This document shows, one piece after another, positions 27,368 to 36,974 of a stretch of DNA of 64,000 nt. Origin of the DNA: Candidatus Omnitrophota bacterium (GTDB lineage Bacteria; Omnitrophota; Gorgyraeia; Zapsychrales; Fredricksoniimonadaceae); the NCBI GenBank assembly GCA_015232565.1, contig JADFZK010000009.1, forward strand, positions 3,725 to 67,724, written 5' to 3'. Positions within the stretch are counted from its first letter, which is position 1. Each line of letters starts with the position of its first letter. Under the pieces are notes generated by a model, which saw nothing but the letters and a program-made list of their open reading frames with translations, had not been told where the DNA came from and did no database searches. Both the position numbers and the translations under genes were made by a program.

Positions 27368-28924
27368 ATGCGCAAAGAGCAACTTTTGAAACGTTTGTCC
27401 GGTATTGAGTGGGATGATTTTGAGGTTAAGGCGGCTCGGGTGGCCCTGCCGGAAGACATTGCAAAAGCGATCTCGGCATTTGCCAACACCACGGGTGGCT
27501 ATATTGCGTTTGGCGTGCAGGAATCTGGATCAAGATTTATTATTAGCGGTGTTGAGGATCCCGACAAGATCCAAAATGATTTTGTTACGCTTCTGCGCGG
27601 TGAGAAATTCAATATTCCGCTGTCCTCAAAAGGAGATATTCATCACATCGATGGCAAGGTGGTCTTGGTATTTCGTATAGAAGAAATGCCGCGGCAGGCC
27701 AAGCCGGTTTATTTTGGCGGGGATATCCGCAATACATTTGTACGCATAGGAGCCAGTACGCAGAAGGCGTCCAAACCTGAAGTGGAACGCATGCTTCGTG
27801 AGGCGAGTGAGAAAACCAGCGATAGCATGCGGTTGGAAGATTTTGGAGTCCAGGATCTGGATGATGAGGCTATTGGTATTTTCAGGCGCAACCTGGAGCT
27901 GAAACGGCCGGGGCACCCTTTCTTGTCGTGTGATAAATTGGAAATGCTTGTTGGTCTCCAGGCTGTTGTGGAGACGAAGAAGGGGAAATATTGCCTGACT
28001 GCGGGTGGTCTATTATTGTTTGGCAAGGAAATCAGGCTTCAGAACCAGTTCCCGTCATATTTCATTGATTTTCTGGTGATCCCCGGATTGCCGAACGATG
28101 CCAAACGAGAGATGCGTTGGGTTGAGCGGTATAGTTCCGAACAGAGCATTGTGCAAACGTTTGTGCAGATCAATGACCGGTTAAGAAAGAGGGTGCCTTT
28201 CCCTTTTTCCCTAAAGGCTGATGGCATGTCGCGGGAAGATGACCCGCCTTCTGTTCAGGCCGCGCGTGAAGCGTTGGTGAATTTATTGATGCACATGGAT
28301 TACTTTGATGCCAAGGGGGCGGTGGTGAAATGTTATGACGATCGGATGCTTTTTCGCAATGCGGGGAGTTTACGGTTTCCGGTTGAACGGATCGGACAGC
28401 ATATAACCGAGCCGCGCAATCCGATTATTGCAAAAGTATTCCGTCTTTTGGGATGGGCGGAGAGCACCGGGGAAGGGATCACCAAGATTACTGACGGCTG
28501 GATGAGCATGGGGTACGACAAGCCAGTGTTCAACAATGACAAAGAAATAAATTTATTCGAAGTTACCCTTCCGTTAACAAGTCGAGGTCGCAAGGTTTTA
28601 AGGCCTTTGTTGGAGATTTCCTCTGAAGTTGTTAACACAGGCACTAAGCCGGCACTAAGCTGGCACCAAGTAAGCACTAAGTTGGCACTAAGTCGGGATG
28701 AAGTGCGGGATGTTCTGGATTTTTGCGCTGAACCTAAAAGTATTGCGGATATCCTGAAACAGTTTGAAAGGACGGACAGGACGAAGTTTAAAAACAAGTA
28801 TATTAATCCTCTTTTGCGAGAGGACCTGTTGTTGATGACCCATCCACAAAAACCTAACAGCCCGAACCAAAAGTATGTGGCTACGGATACGGGGAAGCAT
28901 TTGTTGGCTAATGTCGGACAGTAA
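27368..28924 (+). CDS. AlbA_2 (Schlafen-like) plus HATPase_c_4 plus C-terminal wHTH protein; putative ATP-binding regulator
   Basis: N-terminal AlbA_2-like region (EWDDFEVKAARVALPEDIAKAISAFANTTGGYIAFGV), a central HATPase_c_4-like region and a C-terminal wHTH-like tail. Contains an internal 11-bp tandem repeat. Confidence 0.55.
   Translation: MRKEQLLKRLSGIEWDDFEVKAARVALPEDIAKAISAFANTTGGYIAFGVQESGSRFIISGVEDPDKIQNDFVTLLRGEKFNIPLSSKGDIHHIDGKVVLVFRIEEMPRQAKPVYFGGDIRNTFVRIGASTQKASKPEVERMLREASEKTSDSMRLEDFGVQDLDDEAIGIFRRNLELKRPGHPFLSCDKLEMLVGLQAVVETKKGKYCLTAGGLLLFGKEIRLQNQFPSYFIDFLVIPGLPNDAKREMRWVERYSSEQSIVQTFVQINDRLRKRVPFPFSLKADGMSREDDPPSVQAAREALVNLLMHMDYFDAKGAVVKCYDDRMLFRNAGSLRFPVERIGQHITEPRNPIIAKVFRLLGWAESTGEGITKITDGWMSMGYDKPVFNNDKEINLFEVTLPLTSRGRKVLRPLLEISSEVVNTGTKPALSWHQVSTKLALSRDEVRDVLDFCAEPKSIADILKQFERTDRTKFKNKYINPLLREDLLLMTHPQKPNSPNQKYVATDTGKHLLANVGQ
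28640..28694 (+). repeat. Imperfect 11-bp tandem repeat (GGCACTAAGYY, 5 units) inside the AlbA_2-family CDS
   Basis: ggcactaagcc / ggcactaagct / ggcaccaagtaa / gcactaagtt / ggcactaagtc. Confidence 0.8.
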
Positions 28925-28965
28925 AGAAGGTTGCTTTTAACAGGGCGCAATTTGCGCGATGATGT

Positions 28966-29062
28966 GCGATTACAAAATCCGTCGACGTATTGAATGGAAA
29001 AGAAATGATTACGGTTTAAAATGGTTTGTCGGGCGCATGTAAAGCCGGATTGGTAAAGACGC
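28966..29062 (+). repeat. Copy 1 of a ~95-bp direct repeat, placed as a leader upstream of the ankyrin gene
   Basis: About 90% identical to 29579-29676 (shared core GTCGACGTATTGAATGGAAAAGAAATGATTACGGTTTAAAAT...GGGCGCATG.AAAG..GGATTGGT.AAGACG). Confidence 0.85.
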
Positions 29063-29072
29063 AGGATATTCT

Positions 29073-29438
29073 ATGAATAAAGCGATAAACGATGACATGG
29101 ATTGGTGTAAAGAAGAACAGTTGCATTTTGCGGCGCAAGATGGCGACTTAAATAAATGCAAAGAATTGATTGAACAAGGTTTTTCGGTTAACCAATTTAA
29201 CGATATGGCTAAAACACCTCTGCATTACGCAGCTGAGAAAGAACAACCTGAGGTGGTGAAGCTTCTTATTGCTTCTGGAGCTGATGTTAATGCGCATGAT
29301 GTAAGCCGTATCGGCAATACCCCGCTTAGGGAAGTGGCCGCAACTTGTTCATATGAGATGGCTAAATTATTGATTGATTTGGGCGCCAATCCCACGATTC
29401 CAGGTTGGATGCAGCTAACGGCTCTTCACCAAGCATAG
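29073..29438 (+). CDS. Ankyrin-repeat protein (about 3 repeats)
   Basis: ANK motifs (TPLHYAAEKEQPEVVKLLIASGADVNAHD, NTPLREVAATCSYEMAKLLIDLGANP). AT-rich. Confidence 0.75.
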   Translation: MNKAINDDMDWCKEEQLHFAAQDGDLNKCKELIEQGFSVNQFNDMAKTPLHYAAEKEQPEVVKLLIASGADVNAHDVSRIGNTPLREVAATCSYEMAKLLIDLGANPTIPGWMQLTALHQA

Positions 29439-29578
29439 GAAAGAAAATCTCCAGAAGGTCAGCGGGTTTATCAACTATTACTGGAGAGATCAAGGAAACT
29501 TTAATTTGTCGCTTCGCTATGGGGTGGCAATCAAGAGCGGGCCGACTGGTAACCTTGGCGCGCTTTGCACGATCAATG

Positions 29579-29676
29579 AGCGATTGTTAGATCTGTCGAC
29601 GTATTGAATGGAAAAGAAATGATTACGGTTTAAAATAGTTTGCCGGGCGCATGCAAAGTTGGATTGGTTAAGACGG
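29579..29676 (+). repeat. Copy 2 of the ~95-bp direct repeat, upstream of a small membrane protein gene
   Basis: See copy 1. Confidence 0.85.
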
Positions 29677-29691
29677 AATGGGGGGAGAGTT

Positions 29692-29964
29692 ATGAAGCTT
29701 AATAGAAAACAGGTGGCAGTGCTTTGGATCAGTGTAACCGTGTTCATTCCGGTGTTGTATTTTGCTTTAACAGCGGCGGCAAATTTGCAAATGAAGGAAG
29801 CGTTTTGGGCGTCGAGCAAGCTTACCCAGGAGGAGTCTCTGGTACAGAGGGTAAATATTATTCAGGAAAAAAGGGCGCTTTTTAACAAGCTCGGGGTGTT
29901 CTCTTTCGCCTGGTTCAGTTTAACCGGGTTAATGTGTTATTTGAACAATGGCAAGAAGGATTAG
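29692..29964 (+). CDS. Hypothetical small membrane protein (2 TM)
   Basis: Start MKLNRKQVAVLWISVTVFIPVLYFAL. Preceded by the duplicated leader. AT-rich. Confidence 0.35.
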   Translation: MKLNRKQVAVLWISVTVFIPVLYFALTAAANLQMKEAFWASSKLTQEESLVQRVNIIQEKRALFNKLGVFSFAWFSLTGLMCYLNNGKKD

Positions 29965-30130
29965 CTAGTGTGGTGATTCATATATCTCTTTACATTTGAA
30001 TCACCACACTGGAGCAATGGAGCAATCGAAAATGGAGAAATAATTAAACATTTGGCTCCATTGCGGTCTATTTTCGATTTTCCAATGCTCATCAAATGTA
30101 AAGAAGCGTCAGACACACTACACTAGATGT
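29964..30130. repeat. MITE-like inverted-repeat element containing a perfect 14-bp stem hairpin
   Basis: Perfect hairpin AGTGTGGTGATTCA-16nt-TGAATCACCACACT at 29967-30010. The left arm CTAGTGTGGTG...CTTTACATTTGA is imperfectly inverted at 30088-30125 (TCAAATGTAAAG...CACACTACACTAG). Internal GGAGCAATSG dyads. Confidence 0.6.
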
Positions 30131-30190
30131 CACGCCCGAGCTGCGAAGCCCAGGCGGTTTGCGATTGCTGGTTCCCCGATTTATTGTATA

Positions 30191-32761
30191 ATGCGCGCTA
30201 TGGATCATGCCGCTTCATCCACGCCAATGCTCAGGCAGTACGCCGAAGTAAAATCCCGCCATAAGGATTGCATACTTTTCTTTCGCCTGGGTGATTTCTA
30301 TGAAATGTTCTACGAGGATGCCCGGGAAGCTTCCCGGCTCCTGGAACTGGTGCTGACCGCGCGCGGCAGTGACGACAAGGGCAAAGTGCCGATGTGCGGT
30401 ATTCCGTACCATTCGGCCGAGAACTATATCGCCCGGCTGGTGCGGGCCGGCCGCAAGGTGGCCATCTGTGAACAGGTGGAGGATCCGGCGGCGGTCACCA
30501 AAGGTATCGTGCGCCGGGAAGTGGTAAGGATCATTTCGGCCGGGACTTTTCTGGATGATGGCGCCGAGGCCCGGTTCCTGCTGGCGTTGTGCCCGGGGCC
30601 GAAGGCTTTTGGCCTGGCTTTCACCGATACCGCCACCGGAACCCTGCAGGCCAATGAATTCTTTAGCGAGCATCAGGTGCTGGAAGTGCTTTCCCGGATA
30701 CCTTTAAATGAATGTGTTTATCCCGAGGAAAAAGAAGCCGAGGTCAGAAAACTCCTGGCGCATCCCATGCTGCGGCTTAAAGGGGTTACGTTAACAGCCT
30801 TTCGCGGCTGGTCTTTTGATCCGCAACGTGGTCGTAAAATACTGCTCGAACATTTCGCAGTGCAGAGTTTGCGTGGTTTTGGTATTGAGCCTTTGGTCCA
30901 GGCCCAGGCGGCCGCCGGAGCTTTGGTGGAATACCTGCGCGACATGAACAAAACTCCCGTTAAGCATCTGGACCGCATCGCACTTTACAATGACAGCAGT
31001 TATGTATATATCTCTCCCGCCGCGCATTATGGCTTGGAGCTGGACAGTTTGCTTAAGACCCTGGACCGGACGATCACGCCCATGGGGCGGCGGCTTTTTC
31101 GTTCCTGGCTGTATCATCCTCTTAAAGCGGTGGCTCTTATTGAGCAAAGGCTCGACGCGGTCACTCATCTGCTGCAGGATCCGCGCTTAAGCGCGGAGTT
31201 GGGCGGCGTTTTGCTCAAGGATATGCCGGATGTGGAAAAGAGTTTGTCACGCGTCAGTTGTAGCTGTGCTCAGCCCCGGGATTTTCTGGTGATCCGTAAT
31301 GCGCTGGCCCGGGCTCCGGGTTTTGCCGCGGCCCTGGAGCGCGCGCCCGTCTCGGAAGGAACGGCCAATGAGCTTTTTATTGTAAATGATATCCCCGGCT
31401 TGCGGGCTAAACTGGTGGCGGCTATTGATCCGGACATGCCGTTGGCCAAGAATGAGGGCAAGGTTATCCGGGCGGGGTTTAATGCCCAGCTCGATGAGTT
31501 GAAAAGTTTGCAGGATAACGGGCTGGAATGGTTACAGGATTATCAGGCCCGGGAAGTGCGCCGCAGCGGCATCAATTCGCTTAAGGTGGGGTTCAACCGG
31601 ATATTCGGGTATTATATCGAGATCACCAATGCCAACCTTAAAGCCGTGCCGGCCGATTATCAGCGCCGGCAAACGCTGGTTAACGGCGAGCGGTTCATCA
31701 CGCCGGAGCTCAAGGACCATGAGGTCAAGATATTAAGCGCCCAGGAGAAAGTCCTCCAGCTGGAAGCCGAGATCCTGGGCGAGTTGGCCCGCGATATTGT
31801 GGCCGCTACGCATGATGTGCATCGTTTCTGCCGGGAAGTGGCCGTGGTGGATGTGCTGGCGTCTTTGGCCCGGGGGGCCGCTCAGCCGGGGTATACCCGT
31901 CCGCGGTTGACCGATGGCACTGAACTAGTGATCACAGCCGGACGGCATCCGGTGGTGGAAGGCCTGGTTGACGGCGGTTTTATTCCCAACGATACCCGCC
32001 TGGGCGATGATACGCGTTTGGTGATACTCACCGGGCCGAATATGGCCGGTAAATCGACTTATATCCGCCAGAATGCCCTTTTGGTCGTGATGGCGCAAAT
32101 GGGCGGTTATGTGCCGGCCGCCGCGGCGCGGATCGGGGTGGTGGACAAAATATTTACCCGTATCGGAGCGCACGACGAGATCGCCAAAGGCCAGAGCACT
32201 TTTATGGTGGAAATGACCGAAGCCGCCGATATTGTGAACAACCTGACTCCCCGCAGCCTGATAATTCTCGACGAGATCGGCCGGGGTACTTCAACTTACG
32301 ACGGGCTGGCGCTGGCCTGGGCTTTGGTGGAGCATTTGCATGCCAAAAAGGCCCGGGTGTTCTTTGCCACGCATTTCCATGAGCTCACGCGTTTATCGGA
32401 ACAGTTGTCGGGGGTGAAGAATTATAATGTCCTGGTACGCGAGTGGGAAGATCAGGTGATCTTCCTGCACCAGATCGTGCCGGGTGCGGCGGATGACAGT
32501 TATGGTATTTATGTGGCCAAGCTGGCCGGTATGCCGGGCCGGGTGGTGACCCGGGCAAATGTGATACTGGCCGAGCTGGAACAAGGGCGTGCGGGCGTGG
32601 GTGTGGCATGCGGGGAAAGCCAGCCGGATCTCTTTAAGGCGGCTCCCGCCGATCCGGGCCTTGAGGCCCTGCGCGTGGACCTGGCGGCTGTGGATATAGA
32701 GAATCTTACGCCTTTGCAGGCTCTGCAGAAGCTGAATGAATTGAAAAGGAAATATGCCTAA
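30191..32761 (+). CDS. mutS: DNA mismatch repair protein MutS
   Basis: N-terminal mismatch-binding TPMLRQYAEVKSRHKDCILFFRLGDFYEMF. Walker A GPNMAGKST. 856 aa. Confidence 0.95.
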   Translation: MRAMDHAASSTPMLRQYAEVKSRHKDCILFFRLGDFYEMFYEDAREASRLLELVLTARGSDDKGKVPMCGIPYHSAENYIARLVRAGRKVAICEQVEDPAAVTKGIVRREVVRIISAGTFLDDGAEARFLLALCPGPKAFGLAFTDTATGTLQANEFFSEHQVLEVLSRIPLNECVYPEEKEAEVRKLLAHPMLRLKGVTLTAFRGWSFDPQRGRKILLEHFAVQSLRGFGIEPLVQAQAAAGALVEYLRDMNKTPVKHLDRIALYNDSSYVYISPAAHYGLELDSLLKTLDRTITPMGRRLFRSWLYHPLKAVALIEQRLDAVTHLLQDPRLSAELGGVLLKDMPDVEKSLSRVSCSCAQPRDFLVIRNALARAPGFAAALERAPVSEGTANELFIVNDIPGLRAKLVAAIDPDMPLAKNEGKVIRAGFNAQLDELKSLQDNGLEWLQDYQAREVRRSGINSLKVGFNRIFGYYIEITNANLKAVPADYQRRQTLVNGERFITPELKDHEVKILSAQEKVLQLEAEILGELARDIVAATHDVHRFCREVAVVDVLASLARGAAQPGYTRPRLTDGTELVITAGRHPVVEGLVDGGFIPNDTRLGDDTRLVILTGPNMAGKSTYIRQNALLVVMAQMGGYVPAAAARIGVVDKIFTRIGAHDEIAKGQSTFMVEMTEAADIVNNLTPRSLIILDEIGRGTSTYDGLALAWALVEHLHAKKARVFFATHFHELTRLSEQLSGVKNYNVLVREWEDQVIFLHQIVPGAADDSYGIYVAKLAGMPGRVVTRANVILAELEQGRAGVGVACGESQPDLFKAAPADPGLEALRVDLAAVDIENLTPLQALQKLNELKRKYA

Positions 32762-34652
32762 GGTCCAAGTGCTGTCGGCGGATGTTATTGCCCGGATCGC
32801 CGCCGGGGAAGTGGTGGAGCGCCCGGCTTCGGTAGTTAAGGAGCTGATGGAGAACAGCCTGGATGCCGGGGCCATGAAGATCGAGGTCAATCTGACCGGT
32901 GGCGGCAAGCAGTTGATCCAGGTGAAAGATAATGGCGGCGGCATAGCGCGGGAGGATATGGAGGCTTTGTTCTATCGGCATGCTACCAGCAAGTTGAGTT
33001 CAAAAGAGGATCTGGACAATATCCTTTCCCTGGGCTTCCGGGGCGAGGCTTTGTATTCTGTTTCGTCGGTAGCCGAATTGGCCTTAAAAAGCCGCGCGGC
33101 GGGGCAGGGTGAGGCCTGGGAGATCAAGGTGCACGGCGGCGCCCGGCAAATGATCCTGCCGGCGGCGATGCCCGCCAACGGCACCGATATAAGGGTGGAA
33201 GAGTTATTCTTTAATACTCCGGCCCGCAAAAAATTCCTTAAATCGGATCACGGCGAATTTGGCCAGGCGGCGGATGTGTTCTTGCCGTATGCCCTCCTGT
33301 ATCCGCAAAAACATCTGGTACTGACGCATAACGGGCGCGTGGTATATGATCTTTCCCCCGAGGGTAGCGGCGCGGCGCGGGCGGCGCGGGCGCTGGCCTT
33401 GCCGGTGGAGCATATTATTACACTTGATAAGACGCAACAGGGTGAGGCGCACATCAGCGGTTTACTGGGCGATATTAATGTCCAGCGGCCCCGGCGCGAT
33501 CTGCAGTTCGTGTTTGTCAACGGCCGGCCGGTGCAGTCCAAGGGTTTGTTGTTTCATTTGAATGATGTCTACCGGCTGATCCTGCCGGAGGGAGTGCACC
33601 CGTTCTTCGTGCTTTATCTGGAGATCCCCCCGCAAGAGGTGGATGTGAATATCCATCCAGCCAAGCGGGAGGTGCGCATTAAAGATGAGGCGCGGATCGG
33701 CAGTATGGTGCGCCGGGCGGTGGAACAGGCGCTGATGACCAAAGGCCAGGCGAAAGAGGCGGTGGCGGTTTTTCCGTTTGAGCCCGGGGTAATGCCGGCC
33801 GACCAGGCGGATCAGGGTTTGGCTCCCGGGCGCCTGCTGTTTGGCCCCGGTCAGCGTTCGGCGGTGCCGGCTTTTGTGCCGCGGCCAGCGTCCGCGGCTG
33901 GCGCAGTGCCCGGCCATTCGGTATCCGCGGCGCCTTCTCGGGCGGTTGAGCCGGTAAAAGCCGAGGCGCAAAGTTTTTTTGCCTTCACCGGGCAATTGGC
34001 GGCCCGCCGGGACGATTCACTTAAGGAGCGCCTTTTGCACGCGCGGTTCCTGGGCACGTTCATTTGCAAATATCATCTTTTTGAGGAAGGCGAAGGTTTG
34101 TTCGTGGTGGACCAGCACGCCGCCCAGGAGCGTATTCTTTTTGAATTGTTCACCAGGCAGATGCGTTCCGGTGTCATGGAGGTGGACCGTTTGCTGGCGC
34201 CGCTTGTGGTAAGGCTGTCGCCGCGCGAGCTTTTAACCTGGGAGAATTTGAAGGCCCAGCTTGACGCTTTGGGTTTTGAATCGGCCTTGCTGGGCGAGGG
34301 CGCGGTAGCGTTACAGGCGCATCCGCGGCTTATCAAAGCGCCGGAAGCCGCCTTTCGCGCTCTATTATCCGATGAAGATAAGGCGGGCGCCGAACGCCCG
34401 GTTGCAAATTCCCGGCCGGGTGATGCCTTGCCCGGAGGCGGCCGGCCCAGCCAGGAGTTCCTGGCCGGATTATCCCGCCGGGCTTGCCGCGCTTCGGTGA
34501 TGAGCGGTGAGCGCATGCATAGCGATGAAGCCCGGGAACAGCTTAAGCGCCTGATGGATTGTGACGACCCCTTTACCTGTCCGCACGGCCGTCCGGTGTT
34601 CATTGAGCTCAAGAGCTCATTCCTGGACCGGCAATTCTTGCGGACCAGTTAA
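32754..34652 (+). CDS. mutL: DNA mismatch repair protein MutL
   Basis: GHKL ATPase N-terminus (IAAGEVVERPASVVKELMENSLDAGA) and a C-terminal dimerisation domain. Overlaps the mutS stop. Confidence 0.9.
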   Translation: MPKVQVLSADVIARIAAGEVVERPASVVKELMENSLDAGAMKIEVNLTGGGKQLIQVKDNGGGIAREDMEALFYRHATSKLSSKEDLDNILSLGFRGEALYSVSSVAELALKSRAAGQGEAWEIKVHGGARQMILPAAMPANGTDIRVEELFFNTPARKKFLKSDHGEFGQAADVFLPYALLYPQKHLVLTHNGRVVYDLSPEGSGAARAARALALPVEHIITLDKTQQGEAHISGLLGDINVQRPRRDLQFVFVNGRPVQSKGLLFHLNDVYRLILPEGVHPFFVLYLEIPPQEVDVNIHPAKREVRIKDEARIGSMVRRAVEQALMTKGQAKEAVAVFPFEPGVMPADQADQGLAPGRLLFGPGQRSAVPAFVPRPASAAGAVPGHSVSAAPSRAVEPVKAEAQSFFAFTGQLAARRDDSLKERLLHARFLGTFICKYHLFEEGEGLFVVDQHAAQERILFELFTRQMRSGVMEVDRLLAPLVVRLSPRELLTWENLKAQLDALGFESALLGEGAVALQAHPRLIKAPEAAFRALLSDEDKAGAERPVANSRPGDALPGGGRPSQEFLAGLSRRACRASVMSGERMHSDEAREQLKRLMDCDDPFTCPHGRPVFIELKSSFLDRQFLRTS

Positions 34653-34702
34653 TAAGGAACTATTCATTAATTGTTGACAGTCCCGCCCTATTTAATAACA
34701 AT

Positions 34703-35935
34703 GTGCCTACTATGAAGAAGTTTTTCTTAACAATACTATATTGTGTTGCTTTGGTGGTGGCCGGGGGCTCGGCTGGTGTCGGGCTGGCTTGGGCCGCGGA
34801 TGGTGCGGCGGAGCCGGCGGTCAGGATCATCAAGCTGAATTTTGCCCAGGTGTACGAAGTGGCTACGGTACTCACCCAGATGAAGGGCGCCGACGGTAAA
34901 GTAATAGCTAATGAAGACGCCAAAAGCGTGGTTCTGATGGACACGCCCGAGCGGATCAAGGCTATGGAAGATGTTGTGCGGCAGATGGACATTCAAACGG
35001 TTACGGTTGATATCCCTTTGCGGTTCAGCCAGGCTAATGAGGTTTTGGATAATGTGCGCGCTTTGCTTACCCAGAGCGTGGGCGCTATTGCTGCTGATAT
35101 GCAAAAAGGCGTTATTACAGTTACCGACACTCCGGTGGTAGTAGACCGGGTGCGCCGGGCGGTGGAGGCTTTGGATCATCGCGGGCGCAAGATCATCCTG
35201 GAAGCCAAGCTGGTGCATGTGGTGCTGGATGACGAGCACTTGGGCGGGGTGGATTGGTCGGGCATTGTGGCGGACCACCAGAACCTGCGGCTGGAAGGCC
35301 AGAGGGCTTTTCTGGGCGGCGATGGCAAGGGCCAGTCGTTGAGCCTGGGGACTATCGAAGGGAGCGACTTTGTGCCGCTGATCGAAGCGCTGGACACGGT
35401 GGGCATAGTTAAAGAATATCCCATTACCGACTTGCCTGTTCCATCGGGCAGTGAAGTGCGGATGGTGGTGCGTATGGACGAGCCGGATATTGCCCTGGAG
35501 GCGGCCGATGCGCCTGATGCCGAGCCGCTTACACCGGAAGACGCCGCGGTCGAATTTGGGCTTAGAAGCGAAGTGGATGTGGATGGCACCATTAAAACAG
35601 CTATTATCACGCGCGAACCGGCGGGGTCCGTGCGGGCGTCCGACAAAACGAGGACCGGTGCCCGTTCTCCGTCCATTATGGGCCGCAAGCCGCGGAATGC
35701 CACTGTGCGATCGCTGGAAGGCGGGTCGATCGTGCTGGGCGGGCTTATTGCCACCGAGAAAGTGCTGACCCAGCGCAAGATACCGGTTATCGGCGATCTG
35801 CCTTTGCTGGGTTTTGCTTTCCGTTACCATAACAGTTCAGTGCGGCGCGAAGAGTTTGTTATCCTTTTAACACCCCGGAGCGTTACGCCCGAGGTGGAAC
35901 CTGCGGCTCCAGCGGCGAAAGCGGCGGTGAATTAA
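34703..35935 (+). CDS. Secretin-family outer-membrane protein (type II secretion / type IV pilus PilQ-like, short form)
   Basis: Signal peptide, secretin N-domain-like region (VRIIKLNFAQVYEVATVLTQM) and a C-terminal secretin motif (IVLGGLIATEKVLTQRKIPVIGDLPLLGFAFRY). Confidence 0.55.
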   Translation: MPTMKKFFLTILYCVALVVAGGSAGVGLAWAADGAAEPAVRIIKLNFAQVYEVATVLTQMKGADGKVIANEDAKSVVLMDTPERIKAMEDVVRQMDIQTVTVDIPLRFSQANEVLDNVRALLTQSVGAIAADMQKGVITVTDTPVVVDRVRRAVEALDHRGRKIILEAKLVHVVLDDEHLGGVDWSGIVADHQNLRLEGQRAFLGGDGKGQSLSLGTIEGSDFVPLIEALDTVGIVKEYPITDLPVPSGSEVRMVVRMDEPDIALEAADAPDAEPLTPEDAAVEFGLRSEVDVDGTIKTAIITREPAGSVRASDKTRTGARSPSIMGRKPRNATVRSLEGGSIVLGGLIATEKVLTQRKIPVIGDLPLLGFAFRYHNSSVRREEFVILLTPRSVTPEVEPAAPAAKAAVN

Positions 35936-35936
35936 T

Positions 35937-36974
35937 ATGGTTAGATATCTTGCCAGCTTGTTTGTGCTTTTATTACTGGCCGGTTGCGCTTCGGTGCCCA
36001 AACCCGGGCTTTTGCAGCCTGCGGGCGAGTCTTCGGCGCAGGAGCTGTGCCGCAAGTATAATATTGAGTGCCGCTGGGATTCCGTGTCCCAGACCATAAC
36101 CATGGTTTATATGGACAAGACCATTAAGGCCTTGGTGGGCAGTGACATGGTGGTGATCGGTAAAAACCGCATTGCTTTGAGCGCATCGGTGTATCGTAAG
36201 CGCGGCGCGGTTATTTTCCCGCCGGATTTTGAACGCGCTGTTTTCGGGCCGGCGGTGGTGCCGCAGGAAGATTATGTTAAAGGCGCCCAGTCCGGACGCC
36301 TGAAGAAAGTGGTGATAGACGCCGGGCACGGCGGTAAGGACCCCGGGGCCATAGGAGTGGCGGGGCTGAAGGAAAAAGATGTGGTGCTCGACATTGCCCG
36401 CCGGGTAAAGAAGGGCTTTGAAGCCGCCGGGGTAGTGGTGGTAATGACCCGCGATAGTGAAGATTTTATTACCCTGGCCGATCGCACCTCGATAGCCAGC
36501 CAGCCGGATGTGGACCTGTTTGTGAGTATTCACGCTAACGCCAACAAGTCCCGCGGTGTAAACGGGATCGAAGTGTATTATGCCGGAGCTTTAAACCGCG
36601 ATGACCGCTCCGAGGACCAGCGCCTGGCGAACCAGAAGAAGATCTGCAGTTTGTATAATATGCGCAGTGATATTCCCGATTTGCGGGCCATAACGTCCGA
36701 TATGCTTTATGCCTATAAACGTGCGTTCTCGCCGGGCTTGTCGGAAGCGGTGGCCCGGGGGCTGGCGCGGGAAGTACCCCGGCAGAACCGGGGGAGCAAG
36801 CCCGAACGGTTCTTTGTCTTACGTAACACCCTCATTCCGGCAGTGCTGGTGGAGGTGGGGTTTGTGACTAATCCGAAAGAAGCTTCTTTATTGAAGGATA
36901 ACGATTTTCGCCAGCGGCTGGCGGAGGCGATAACTAAAAGTGTCTTGAGGTTTGTTTATGTCTCGGGTTTCTGA
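35937..36974 (+). CDS. N-acetylmuramoyl-L-alanine amidase (Amidase_3 family lipoprotein)
   Basis: Lipoprotein signal LLLLAGCAS. Amidase_3 motifs VVIDAGHGGKDPGA and VSIHANA. Confidence 0.85.
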   Translation: MVRYLASLFVLLLLAGCASVPKPGLLQPAGESSAQELCRKYNIECRWDSVSQTITMVYMDKTIKALVGSDMVVIGKNRIALSASVYRKRGAVIFPPDFERAVFGPAVVPQEDYVKGAQSGRLKKVVIDAGHGGKDPGAIGVAGLKEKDVVLDIARRVKKGFEAAGVVVVMTRDSEDFITLADRTSIASQPDVDLFVSIHANANKSRGVNGIEVYYAGALNRDDRSEDQRLANQKKICSLYNMRSDIPDLRAITSDMLYAYKRAFSPGLSEAVARGLAREVPRQNRGSKPERFFVLRNTLIPAVLVEVGFVTNPKEASLLKDNDFRQRLAEAITKSVLRFVYVSGF

